The notes beneath the pieces were generated by a model. It did not search any database. It was not told where the DNA came from and saw nothing but the letters and a program-made list of their open reading frames with translations. From Nitrosomonas sp. (lineage in GTDB: Bacteria > Pseudomonadota > Gammaproteobacteria > Burkholderiales > Nitrosomonadaceae): 64,000 nt of DNA. A program made the translations under genes and the position numbers. Positions 46,831 to 55,722 of this stretch are shown in pieces. Positions within the stretch are counted from its first letter, which is position 1; the number at the start of each line of letters is the position of its first letter. The stretch spans positions 6,806 through 70,805 of the forward strand of contig NZ_QPHG01000017.1 of the NCBI RefSeq assembly GCF_040240425.1, in the 5' to 3' direction.

Positions 46831-49686
46831 ATGCCATCCACCGCGCCTTCAATCCTTGCCCGCTATCTGGACAGAGTCATCCAGGACAACAAAGCCATCG
46901 ATGCGCGCGGCGTCATGCAGGTAAACCGCATGATCGAACTGTCAATGGACGATGTATTTATCAACCTGACGGTGCGCATGAACCACTCGGACAAACCGCA
47001 AGCGCTACGCGACCGGCTCGAACGGGAAAACTTTCCGGTTCGTGAATCAATGCCGGAGGTAGCAGACATTCCGGAACATTTCTATCCTCAGCGTGTGGAA
47101 ACCGAACAAGGTGTTCCCACCGATGCGCTCTGGCAACGCCATGCCGCCTGGGTAATCCTGGGTGATCCGGGTGCGGGCAAAACCACGTTGCTGAAGCACT
47201 TCGCGTTGCAGGAAGCAACTACTTGCAAAACCGATCCGGGTTCCGGCTATTTGCCAGTTTTCGTGCCGCTACGTTTGCTCGGCCAGAAGCTGGAAAATCA
47301 TATGCACTGGCCGCAGGAACAAGCCCTATTGGAATATCTGACGCAATACGGCTTCAGCGAAATGGGTTTTACCGCTGAGCAGGAACGGCTGGAATTGCGC
47401 GCGCAATTTGAAACCTGGTTGTCGGACGGCCGCGTGCTGTGGTTGCTCGATGGACTGGACGAACAGCGCGATCAGCATGTGCAGAAACGCACCGTGCAAG
47501 CCATCGAAGCGCTGCGTCAATATTACCCCGGCAATCGCTTCGTCGTCACCTCGCGCATCGTCGGTTACGACGCCGCGCCGCTCGGCGGCGGGTTCAACAC
47601 CGCCACGCTGGAGCCTTTCAACGACGAGCAAATGAGTCAATTTTTCCAGCGTTGGTGCTACGCGGTAGAAAAAAGCGAAGACATCGTGGACGACGAACAC
47701 ACATTCAAACGCGCCGATGAAAAAGCCGCGCAATTGCTCGAGCAAATCAAACATAATCCCGGCATCCGCTTACTCGCCGCCAACCCGCTGCTGTGCACCA
47801 TCATCGGCCTGATCCAGCGCCAGGGCGCGACGTTGCCGGAACTGCGCGTAGAGCTTTACAAGCTGTGCATCGACACGTTCATTTTCAATTGGGAAATAAA
47901 AAAACGCCAGCGCAACGATCAAACCGGCAGTCTGGATAAAGATCAGACGCAGGCCGTATTGGAAGAAATCGCGTTGCAGTTGCACGAAAACTATCCGGAA
48001 AACCGCATCCCGCGCAAGCAACTGACTGGCATCGTCAGCCAGTTTCTGACCACGCAGCAAGGCATGGCAGAAAGCGAAGCGGAGCACAAAGCCGATCAAC
48101 TGCTGAACCTGATCCGCGATGTATCCGGCTTACTGATCGACCGCGGCAACGAAGAATTCGGCTTTTTCCATCTGACTTTCCAGGAATACCTCGCTGCGCG
48201 CGCCATCACGCGCAAAAAACGCGATATCGACCGCTACCTGAGTCGTTATCTGTTCGAGCCGCGCTGGCGCGAAGTGATCCGACTGGCCGCTGCGCATGCG
48301 GGCACGAAAGACGAGGAATCCGGTAGCGAATTCATCGAAGCCATCCTGCGTCAGAAGCATCCGCGCGACGATCTGATGCACTACACTTTCCGCTTCGCCT
48401 TTCTATGCCTGAAAGAAGCCAAAGTGGAACTGGAAACCGCCGACCGGATGTTTCGCCAGTGGATTGAATATTTCATCAGTGAAGCAGCAACCCGGGGATT
48501 ATTTCTGCAACTGCTCCGGCAACCTGGTGCAAGAATCCGCTATCGTTCAAATACACTGCAAATATTGATTATGACTCTCGCAGATAAAAACTTGGCTGTT
48601 CGCCGGATGATAGCCGAGGCACTGGGGAAAATCGGTGATAAAGCCGCTGTCGATCCGCTGATCCATTGCCTTAAAGATGAAAATTCAAGAGTTCGCTGGA
48701 CGACAGCATGGGCGCTGGGAGCAATCGGCGACAAAGCTGCTGTCAATCCACTGATTCATTCCCTTAAGGATGAAAATTCAGGTGTTCGCAGGATAGCAGC
48801 CGAGGCGCTGGGAGCAATCGGCGACAAAGCCGCTATCGAGCCACTGATCCATTCCCTTAAGGATGAAAATTCAGATGTTCGCAGGATAGCAGCCGAGGTA
48901 CTGGGAAAAATCGGCGACAAAACCGCTGTCGAGCCACTGATCCATTCCCTTAAGGATGAAAATTCAGATGTTCGCAGGATAGCAGCCGAGGTACTGGGAA
49001 AAATCGGCGACAAAGCCGCTATCGAGCCACTGATCCATTCCCTTAAGGATGAAAATTTTATTGTTTGCTGGACGGCAGCCGAGGCGCTGGGAGCAATCGG
49101 CGACAAAACCGCTATCGAGCCACTGATCCATTCCCTTAAGGATGAAGATTCAAATGCTCTCTGGTCGGCAGCCAAGGCACTGAGGGAAATCGGCGACAAA
49201 GCCGCTGTCAATCCACTGATCCATTCCCTTAAGGATGAAGATTCAAATGTTCGCTGGTCGGCAGCCAAGGCACTGAGGAAAATCGGCGACAAAGCCGCTG
49301 TCGAGCCACTGATCCATTCCCTTAAGGATGAAGATTCACATGTTCGCCAGATGGCAGTCGAGGCACTGGGAGAAATCGGCGATAAAGCCGCTGTCGAGCC
49401 ACTGATCCATGCCCTTAAGGATGAAGATTCAAATGTTCGTTGGATGACAGCTAAGGTGCTGGGAAAAATCGGTGATAAAACCGCTGTCGATCCACTGATC
49501 CATTCCCTTAAAGACGAAGGTCCGGCTGTTCGCTTGACGGCCGCCAAGGCACTGGGGAAAGTCGGCGATAAAGCCGCTGTCGATACACTGATCCATGCTC
49601 TTCAGGATGATTATTCAGATGTTCGCCGGACGGCACTACAAGCTATCGAAGAAATTGATTTGGGATACGCTCTATGTCCAGACTGA
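46831..49686 (+). CDS. NACHT-family STAND NTPase with C-terminal HEAT (PBS-lyase type) repeat array
   Basis: Walker A GDPGAGKTTLLK (47161-). Walker B VLWLLDGLDE (about 47437-). Conserved pre-NACHT N-terminal segment (RYLDRVI..IDARGV). Twelve 31-aa VRxxAAxALGxIGDKAAVxPLIHSLKDE units at the C-terminus. No recognisable effector domain. Confidence 0.85.
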   Translation: MPSTAPSILARYLDRVIQDNKAIDARGVMQVNRMIELSMDDVFINLTVRMNHSDKPQALRDRLERENFPVRESMPEVADIPEHFYPQRVETEQGVPTDALWQRHAAWVILGDPGAGKTTLLKHFALQEATTCKTDPGSGYLPVFVPLRLLGQKLENHMHWPQEQALLEYLTQYGFSEMGFTAEQERLELRAQFETWLSDGRVLWLLDGLDEQRDQHVQKRTVQAIEALRQYYPGNRFVVTSRIVGYDAAPLGGGFNTATLEPFNDEQMSQFFQRWCYAVEKSEDIVDDEHTFKRADEKAAQLLEQIKHNPGIRLLAANPLLCTIIGLIQRQGATLPELRVELYKLCIDTFIFNWEIKKRQRNDQTGSLDKDQTQAVLEEIALQLHENYPENRIPRKQLTGIVSQFLTTQQGMAESEAEHKADQLLNLIRDVSGLLIDRGNEEFGFFHLTFQEYLAARAITRKKRDIDRYLSRYLFEPRWREVIRLAAAHAGTKDEESGSEFIEAILRQKHPRDDLMHYTFRFAFLCLKEAKVELETADRMFRQWIEYFISEAATRGLFLQLLRQPGARIRYRSNTLQILIMTLADKNLAVRRMIAEALGKIGDKAAVDPLIHCLKDENSRVRWTTAWALGAIGDKAAVNPLIHSLKDENSGVRRIAAEALGAIGDKAAIEPLIHSLKDENSDVRRIAAEVLGKIGDKTAVEPLIHSLKDENSDVRRIAAEVLGKIGDKAAIEPLIHSLKDENFIVCWTAAEALGAIGDKTAIEPLIHSLKDEDSNALWSAAKALREIGDKAAVNPLIHSLKDEDSNVRWSAAKALRKIGDKAAVEPLIHSLKDEDSHVRQMAVEALGEIGDKAAVEPLIHALKDEDSNVRWMTAKVLGKIGDKTAVDPLIHSLKDEGPAVRLTAAKALGKVGDKAAVDTLIHALQDDYSDVRRTALQAIEEIDLGYALCPD
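48577..49683 (+). repeat. Tandem array of twelve 93-bp coding repeats (HEAT-like units), the last one truncated
   Basis: Exact 93-bp periodicity, e.g. CTGATCCATTCCCTTAAGGATGA recurs at 48844 and 48937. The units starting at 48844 and 48937 differ at only 2 of 93 nt. Confidence 0.95.
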
Positions 49687-51374
49687 ATCTATTGGGCGAT
49701 CAACCTGCCCGGATTGATTCCGATTGTCTGTATTTCCAGCGTTATTTAACCGCTCTTGAAACGGCGGTGCTGAACCGCGATGATCATGCACCGTTCGTTA
49801 CTGGCATCTTCGGCCAGTGGGGTAGCGGCAAATCCACGTTGCTCGGCATGCTGGAAAACAGGCTTAATGAGCTAAATGTGGATACCGCGAATGATCCATC
49901 GAAGTGGGTAATCATCAAATTCTCCCCCTGGCTATACAGCCAGGAAGAATCCTTGCTAGTGCCGCTGTTAGCTTTACTGGCACAGCAAGAAAACGCTTTC
50001 AAGCCATTGATCAAGAAAATGACGGAAACCTCCATGCGATTTCTCAAACGCACTTCCGCGACATTAGACTTCGACAGGCTCGGCATGCCGTTGAAAATTT
50101 CACTGAATAATCTCGCCGAGAAAAACAGTGACAACCGGTTTTTCCACGAAGAAATCGCTGCCGCGATCAAAACCATTACCGGGAAAAAGCGACTGGTTTT
50201 CCTGATCGACGATCTCGATCGCTGCCACGATCCGGCGCAAATCGTCCATCTGCTCGAGCAAATCAAGCTGTTTCTGCATCTCGACGGCTGTCTGTTTTTT
50301 ATCGCAGCGGACCGCAAGCAGGTGGTGGATGCTATCGATAAAACTTTTCCCGGTTCCGGCGCAGCGTATCTGGAAAAATTCGTGCAACTGGCTTTCGACT
50401 TGCCGCCGCATCACAGCGAGGATTTGGTTCGGATGCTGCCGTCCGCGGATGCGGAAACTTTGCGCGCTTACCGGCCGCTGTGCGAGGTGCTCGGCAATAA
50501 CCCGCGCAAGCTGAAATTGATCTGGAATGAAGCGGTGCTGCGGATGGCGATCCTGAAGGAGGAATTGCACACCAATCCGCAAACCAGACAACATACACCG
50601 GATTTGAATCTGTTGCTGCGCTGGTTGTTGATCCGCAACCGGGGAGAATTGGCAAAAAATCCGTACCGCTATTTGGAATTTGAGCGGCGCAAGAAAACCG
50701 CCGATGCGGCGGCACTGGAACAACTGCGGGAAGAATTTATCCGCAGGTTGCAGTTTAAGGATAAAAAGGGCCAATGGCGGAGCGACGAAGATCAGCGTTT
50801 GGCGGTCTTTTTATGGAACCGGCTCGATCAAGATGGATTTCATCACCCGGCAATCCTCACGCTGTACGCCCGCGCCAGCGGAACGGATACTTATTTTTCG
50901 CGCAATCTGCTGGAAAATGCCTGTTTTACCGGTGGCAATGAGGCGCAATTCAATGAACGGGATTTTAATTATGCCGATCTGTCCGGCGGGTATTATCCCG
51001 GCGCGGTGTTCAACCACTGCGATTTCACCGGCGCGGATTTTCGCCACAGCATCCTTAACGGAGCGCAATTCGCCGATTGCGATTTATCCGGCGTGTGTTT
51101 CGATCAGGCCGAACTGAGCGGTATCACGTGGGAAAATTGCCGTGGTTTAAATGCACTCGATACCGAGCCGATCCTGTATGAGCAAATCATCGATCAGGCC
51201 GAGGAACAGCATTGGCAAATTACTCAACCCAATATCGATATTGCCATTAGCCTGATGAAAGCCTACAAGGCCATTTTGGATAAACATGCTGAGAATAAAT
51301 CACTGGCCAGCGCCATCGAATCGCGCCTGAACGAAAAAGCCCGGCAACTCAGAGCCAAGATTTACCCGCAGTAA
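49674..51374 (+). CDS. KAP-family P-loop NTPase fused to C-terminal pentapeptide repeats
   Basis: The start overlaps the NACHT stop by 13 nt. KAP signatures are GIFGQWGSGKSTLL (Walker A), FSPWLY, LVFLIDDLDRC, YLEKFVQLAFDLP and NPRKLK. The C-terminal ADLSGGYYPGAVFNHCDFTGADFRHSILNGAQFADCDLSGVCFDQAELSG is a pentapeptide repeat (about 50953-51150). No TM insertion is visible. Confidence 0.8.
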   Translation: MSRLNLLGDQPARIDSDCLYFQRYLTALETAVLNRDDHAPFVTGIFGQWGSGKSTLLGMLENRLNELNVDTANDPSKWVIIKFSPWLYSQEESLLVPLLALLAQQENAFKPLIKKMTETSMRFLKRTSATLDFDRLGMPLKISLNNLAEKNSDNRFFHEEIAAAIKTITGKKRLVFLIDDLDRCHDPAQIVHLLEQIKLFLHLDGCLFFIAADRKQVVDAIDKTFPGSGAAYLEKFVQLAFDLPPHHSEDLVRMLPSADAETLRAYRPLCEVLGNNPRKLKLIWNEAVLRMAILKEELHTNPQTRQHTPDLNLLLRWLLIRNRGELAKNPYRYLEFERRKKTADAAALEQLREEFIRRLQFKDKKGQWRSDEDQRLAVFLWNRLDQDGFHHPAILTLYARASGTDTYFSRNLLENACFTGGNEAQFNERDFNYADLSGGYYPGAVFNHCDFTGADFRHSILNGAQFADCDLSGVCFDQAELSGITWENCRGLNALDTEPILYEQIIDQAEEQHWQITQPNIDIAISLMKAYKAILDKHAENKSLASAIESRLNEKARQLRAKIYPQ

Positions 51375-51497
51375 ATTTAACCTTTCCGCGATCAGTACAA
51401 TTTTCACGACGATCTGTGTATCATAAGCCCGAATATAACCAGTCTTTGATGCATTCCGATTTTTATAACCGATAAACCAGATCAATAAGGAAAAACG

Positions 51498-51959
51498 ATG
51501 GGTGCTATTTTCTTTTATATTTTTATCTATTTCATTGGATACTACGCTTCCAATGTGCTGAACATGCTGACGGTACGGCCGTTGGTCACCAACCGCTACA
51601 TGGCGGCATTGGTGCCGGTTTACGGTTTTGCGTTCGGGCATGCCTACATGGTCGTCACCAAACCACTGCCGGCAGGCGCGGACATTTCAATGGAATACGC
51701 GTTGCTGGTGTTCATCACGCTGCCGGTTGTGGTGGTAACCGTGGGCGCGGCTTATTTCATGTGGAACAGTAAGGGTAAGGAAGAACACTCTGACAATCAG
51801 TCCGCAGCCAATAACCAGGAATCTACAGAAGCTGTTGCCGCCGAGGCCGCTGGCGATAGCGGCGAACCAAGAACGGAAAACCCAGCCGGTGCTGCCGGAT
51901 CATCCGAAACACCATCCGCGACAGACAGTGCTAAAAACAAAGACAGCAAGGACGCTTAG
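51498..51959 (+). CDS. Small membrane protein (about 3 TM) with a disordered acidic, Ser/Ala-rich C-terminal tail
   Basis: AAGGA lies 6 nt before the ATG. Three hydrophobic helices are followed by a low-complexity tail (SDNQSAANNQESTEAVAAEAAGDSGE..). No hairpin is visible between this gene and the KAP gene. Confidence 0.55.
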   Translation: MGAIFFYIFIYFIGYYASNVLNMLTVRPLVTNRYMAALVPVYGFAFGHAYMVVTKPLPAGADISMEYALLVFITLPVVVVTVGAAYFMWNSKGKEEHSDNQSAANNQESTEAVAAEAAGDSGEPRTENPAGAAGSSETPSATDSAKNKDSKDA

Positions 51960-52004
51960 GAACATTTACGCTACGCATTGTTGTTACGTACGCCAATTAA
52001 AAAA

Positions 52005-52039
52005 CCCTCATACCTGCAACTCCGGTATGAGGGTTTTTT
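52005..52039. terminator. Strong bidirectional rho-independent terminator
   Basis: AAAA-CCCTCATACC (52005-52014), loop, GGTATGAGGG (52024-52033), then TTTTTT. Confidence 0.9.
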
Positions 52040-52076
52040 AATGCAACCGGTTTACCGGCCGATCCGGCGAAGCATT

Positions 52077-52553
52077 TTATGATTCTCTGTCGACGATCAC
52101 ATGCTCCTTCTGCGCGCTGAGTGTGCCTTGTTCAATGATCGCCAGCGTTAAGCGCGAAATCGCCACGCGCTTGCCGGTCGCTTCCTCGATGATGTCCGTC
52201 TGCCAGACTTGGGTACGGCGGCCGGTATGCAAGGGTGTGCAAATGCCGATGACATGGCCCTTGGTTACTGCGCGGATGTGATTGATATTCAACTCCAGCC
52301 CGACTGCGCGGTATTTTTCCGGGTCGATGGTCATCCAGCCGGAGACGCTGCCAAGTGTTTCCGATAGCACGCAACTGGCGCCGCCATGCAGGATCCCGAA
52401 CGGTTGCGTGGTGCGTTTATCGACCGGCATGCGCGCTTTGAGAAAGTCAGCCCCAAGCTCGGTGAATTGAATGCCGATATGTTCCCCCATATTGGCGTTG
52501 CGCAATCCTTCCAGATACTCGACGGTGTAATCTTTAAACCAAATTGCACTCAT
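52077..52553 (-). CDS. PaaI/YbdB-type hotdog-fold thioesterase
   Basis: GILHGGASCVLSETLGS motif. About 158 aa. Confidence 0.8.
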   Translation of the reverse strand: MSAIWFKDYTVEYLEGLRNANMGEHIGIQFTELGADFLKARMPVDKRTTQPFGILHGGASCVLSETLGSVSGWMTIDPEKYRAVGLELNINHIRAVTKGHVIGICTPLHTGRRTQVWQTDIIEEATGKRVAISRLTLAIIEQGTLSAQKEHVIVDRES

Positions 52554-52675
52554 GAAACATTTCCTTTGTATTGTTTGGCAAATACCGGATTATAGTGCAA
52601 TGACGGCGGCTGGCGCATTTTTACAGCACAACAGCCAAGTTTGAACCGGGATTTTTTGATACTCGCGCTGTTTTA

Positions 52676-54094
52676 TTATCTTTTCACCAGCGCTTTTATC
52701 AAATAATCCCGCAGCATGACGAGTGAAGAAAATTCCCGCGGTCTGATCACCCTCGTTTGGTCTTCTTTCCAATCCGCGTAGATTAGACCGACCTTACTGT
52801 TATTGGATATCAGCGGAAGCAAAATAAATGCACAGGCATCCGGCAATGCTTCTCGATACCAAGCAGGTATCGTGGTTTCTCTGCTGAGAGTCACATCCTG
52901 AATAAACACATCGGCTTTCTGCGCCAGGGATAAATGAAATACATCCGCAGCATAGTTCTTGGAGAAGCAAAGTTGCGCCATCGTTTCCGGCTTCAGATTG
53001 CCACAATACAAGCTCGCCTTAAACTGATCTGCGTCACGAAAAAACACAATTACCCGATTAAACCGCATGCTGTCATGGATCGTTTCCAATGCAATGTTGA
53101 GCGCGCTTTTAAAATCCATTCCCCGGGCCAGTGCAGTGCTCAATTCGAGCAAGCCAGCTGCAACTCGTTTGCGCGACCGATCCGATTCGCTATTCCCCTG
53201 TTCCAGTTCCGGATAAGCGGCCAATTGGCTCTTTTTATTCTGGATCGGCTCAATCGATCCCCAGATCACTTCGCTTGGCAGCAGCAACGATCCGCTATAG
53301 CGCGCAATAAAATTTTTCAGATTCTGGGTACTGATATTGTTAACCAATAATGTCGCCATTTTTCCTGAAAAATTGGCCATGGTTTTCAACCAGCCGGCAG
53401 AACCCAACTCAGGATTCATATTGTCCGTTAGGTCAGTAACACTGCCGGAAATTTTTTCGGGCAATTGCCAATCCTTGGCAATATTGTGCGAAATTTCATC
53501 AATGGTCATACCAAAAACTTTCAATGCAGCGTCATTTTCACGCGCTTCATCGCCCCCCGCAATCTGCTGAATCCTCGCCCATTCATCGGGAAAGTAAAAA
53601 ACCAGAACAAGCCGTCCGAGATGGTGCAATTGCGTGCAAACAATAGCTTCTTCTCCATTCGCAACATACGATTGAGCCACGATATTGCGCGCAATATTAC
53701 TCGCTAAAACCGCTTTTTCCAGCTCGCCCGATACCGTTCCGGGTTCTAATTTTGCTGCCGAGGGCGTATCAATGGTTCGTATATTGAGCGCAATGTTGGT
53801 AATCGTATCCAGGCCCAACACCACCACCGCATGAGAAACGGTCGTCACTTCACTGTCCGCTTTGGAATACAACCCAGAATTGGCCAGTTTGATGATTTTC
53901 TGGGTTAGGGTGAAATCGCTTAAGATGGCATTGGCAATGCCTGCAATGTTTCTTCCCTTATCCTGTATTAATTGCCTGATGTTTTGAATGGATTTGGATA
54001 ACGCCGGAAAATCACCCTTCTCATTTATTCTTCTTTCTAGTTGTGCAAAAAAATCAGCCTGATTGTGTTCAAATGCGGAGGTTAATGTTGTCAT
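52676..54094 (-). CDS. HDOD + GAF-like domain signalling protein (paralog A)
   Basis: N-terminal HDOD (FPALSKSIQNIRQL..DFTLTQKIIKLANS..QLHHLGRL). C-terminal GAF-like region (FNRVIVFFRD...LLPLISNNSKVGLIYADW). It aligns end to end with 54295..55722. Confidence 0.75.
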   Translation of the reverse strand: MTTLTSAFEHNQADFFAQLERRINEKGDFPALSKSIQNIRQLIQDKGRNIAGIANAILSDFTLTQKIIKLANSGLYSKADSEVTTVSHAVVVLGLDTITNIALNIRTIDTPSAAKLEPGTVSGELEKAVLASNIARNIVAQSYVANGEEAIVCTQLHHLGRLVLVFYFPDEWARIQQIAGGDEARENDAALKVFGMTIDEISHNIAKDWQLPEKISGSVTDLTDNMNPELGSAGWLKTMANFSGKMATLLVNNISTQNLKNFIARYSGSLLLPSEVIWGSIEPIQNKKSQLAAYPELEQGNSESDRSRKRVAAGLLELSTALARGMDFKSALNIALETIHDSMRFNRVIVFFRDADQFKASLYCGNLKPETMAQLCFSKNYAADVFHLSLAQKADVFIQDVTLSRETTIPAWYREALPDACAFILLPLISNNSKVGLIYADWKEDQTRVIRPREFSSLVMLRDYLIKALVKR

Positions 54095-54294
54095 ACTTTA
54101 TAAAGTTCTTAAAATATTCGAATTCTTCCGGTTTATCAAAGCAATATCTTTACGATCATTCCCCCGGACAACCCTTGCAATCCTTGGTGCTGAGTTATTC
54201 GCGCGGTACTTTCATACCCAAAATACTGGCGGTCAGTGTGTATTAAATTAATTTCAGTGTAGTGTTAACCAAAATGAATGTTCTGAGAAATGCG

Positions 54295-55722
54295 TCATTT
54301 TCTTTTAATCAAAGCTTTCATCAAATAATCCCTGAGCACACCCATCGATGTGAATTCGCGGGGTTCGATCTGATTGGTTGTTCCCGTGCACCAGTCAGCG
54401 TAGATCAAACCGATGGCCTTGCCATTGAAAATCAGCGGCAGCAGGATAAAAGCATCGACATCCGGCAAAGTCTCCCTTAACCATGCCGGTATACTTGAAG
54501 AAGACTGGGTTGAAGCAACATCCTGGATAAATACATCCGCTTTATTGGTAAGCGAAAGATGGAATACATCGGCTGCATAGGCTTCGGGAAAAATCAATCC
54601 GGGTAACACTTCCGGCACACCGCGGCCAAACCCGACTTTGGCCTTTAACATGCCTGCGTCGCGAAAGAAGGTCGCCACGCGATTAAAGCTCATGCTTGCA
54701 TACAACGATTCAAGCATCATGCTCAATGCGACATTGAAGTCTATGCCCTGCACCAGCGCCATCTTGAGCTCACGAACACTGACAGCCAGACGTTCGCGCG
54801 AATCATAGGGCTTGCCAATGGATTTTCCGCTTTCCGGATTACTAGGAAATTCAGCAGCCATCTGCTGCGCCAAATCAATCGATTCAGCAAGATCCTCGGT
54901 GGAAATCAGTAATGATTCGCTATAACGTGACACATACTGTTTTAAATCATCCGCGTTGCACTGCTGAGCTAACAGCGATGCAGCGCCACTGGCAAAATTA
55001 GCCATCACCTTCAGCCAATCGGACGAACCCGGTATGCTAATTTCCGTGAAGGTTGCCGAGCTGATCATGCAATGGGATATTTTCTTGGGCAAATGCCAGT
55101 TCCTGGCAATTTCTTGGGACATCTCATCGATAGAAATGCCAATGACTCGCAACGCCGCGTCGTTTTCACTAATCGCATCGCTTTGCGCAATTTTCTGAAT
55201 TCGCGACCATTCATCAGGAAAATAAAATATCAGCATCAGACGGCCAAGATGATGCAGCAATGCGCACACAACGGCTTCTTCACCGTTGACCATATTTAAT
55301 TTTGTCACCACGTTGCGAACGATACTTCCAGCCAGCATTGCTTGCGCCAGTTCTCTGCGCGCCTCGTCCGATGCCGGTGCGGAAGCTGAAAGCGTATCGA
55401 TGAAACGGATACTGAGGGTGATATGCGCTATGGTATCGATGCCAAGCACAACAGCAGCTTGGGTGATAGTTGTAATTTCTCCGCCCATTCCGGAATACAT
55501 GGCAGAGTTGGCCAAACGAATCACTTTCTGAGTCAAAGTGAAATCATTCAAAATCACACGGGCAATATCCGCGATATTTTTATTTTGATCGTGCATCAAC
55601 TCGTCCAGTTGCTGCACGGATTTTGCAAAGGCAGGAAAATCGCCTTTCTCGCTCATACGTTTTGTCAGCAAAGCGAGAAATTGCTCTTTGCTGTTCACAA
55701 GCTCCAAAGCAGATACCGTCAT
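54295..55722 (-). CDS. HDOD + GAF-like domain signalling protein (paralog B)
   Basis: Same architecture as paralog A. The start overlaps the stop of the GGDEF-EAL gene by 4 nt. Confidence 0.75.
   Translation of the reverse strand: MTVSALELVNSKEQFLALLTKRMSEKGDFPAFAKSVQQLDELMHDQNKNIADIARVILNDFTLTQKVIRLANSAMYSGMGGEITTITQAAVVLGIDTIAHITLSIRFIDTLSASAPASDEARRELAQAMLAGSIVRNVVTKLNMVNGEEAVVCALLHHLGRLMLIFYFPDEWSRIQKIAQSDAISENDAALRVIGISIDEMSQEIARNWHLPKKISHCMISSATFTEISIPGSSDWLKVMANFASGAASLLAQQCNADDLKQYVSRYSESLLISTEDLAESIDLAQQMAAEFPSNPESGKSIGKPYDSRERLAVSVRELKMALVQGIDFNVALSMMLESLYASMSFNRVATFFRDAGMLKAKVGFGRGVPEVLPGLIFPEAYAADVFHLSLTNKADVFIQDVASTQSSSSIPAWLRETLPDVDAFILLPLIFNGKAIGLIYADWCTGTTNQIEPREFTSMGVLRDYLMKALIKRK

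Noticed and set aside
48756-49547. 263-aa minus-strand ORF opposite the HEAT repeat array
   Set aside because: It is itself a periodic repeat (..SSLREWISGSTAALSPI..) that mirrors the 93-bp units. This is a shadow ORF created because the repeat lacks stops in the antisense frame. The sense frame has clear NACHT/HEAT homology.
48577-49683. Possible CRISPR array, because of regularly spaced direct repeats
   Set aside because: The repeats are contiguous with no unique spacers. The period of 93 bp equals 31 codons, and they lie inside a long ORF encoding HEAT units. No cas genes are present.
50100-50774. 224-aa minus-strand ORF antisense to the KAP NTPase gene
   Set aside because: It has no motifs and lies opposite a well-supported CDS.
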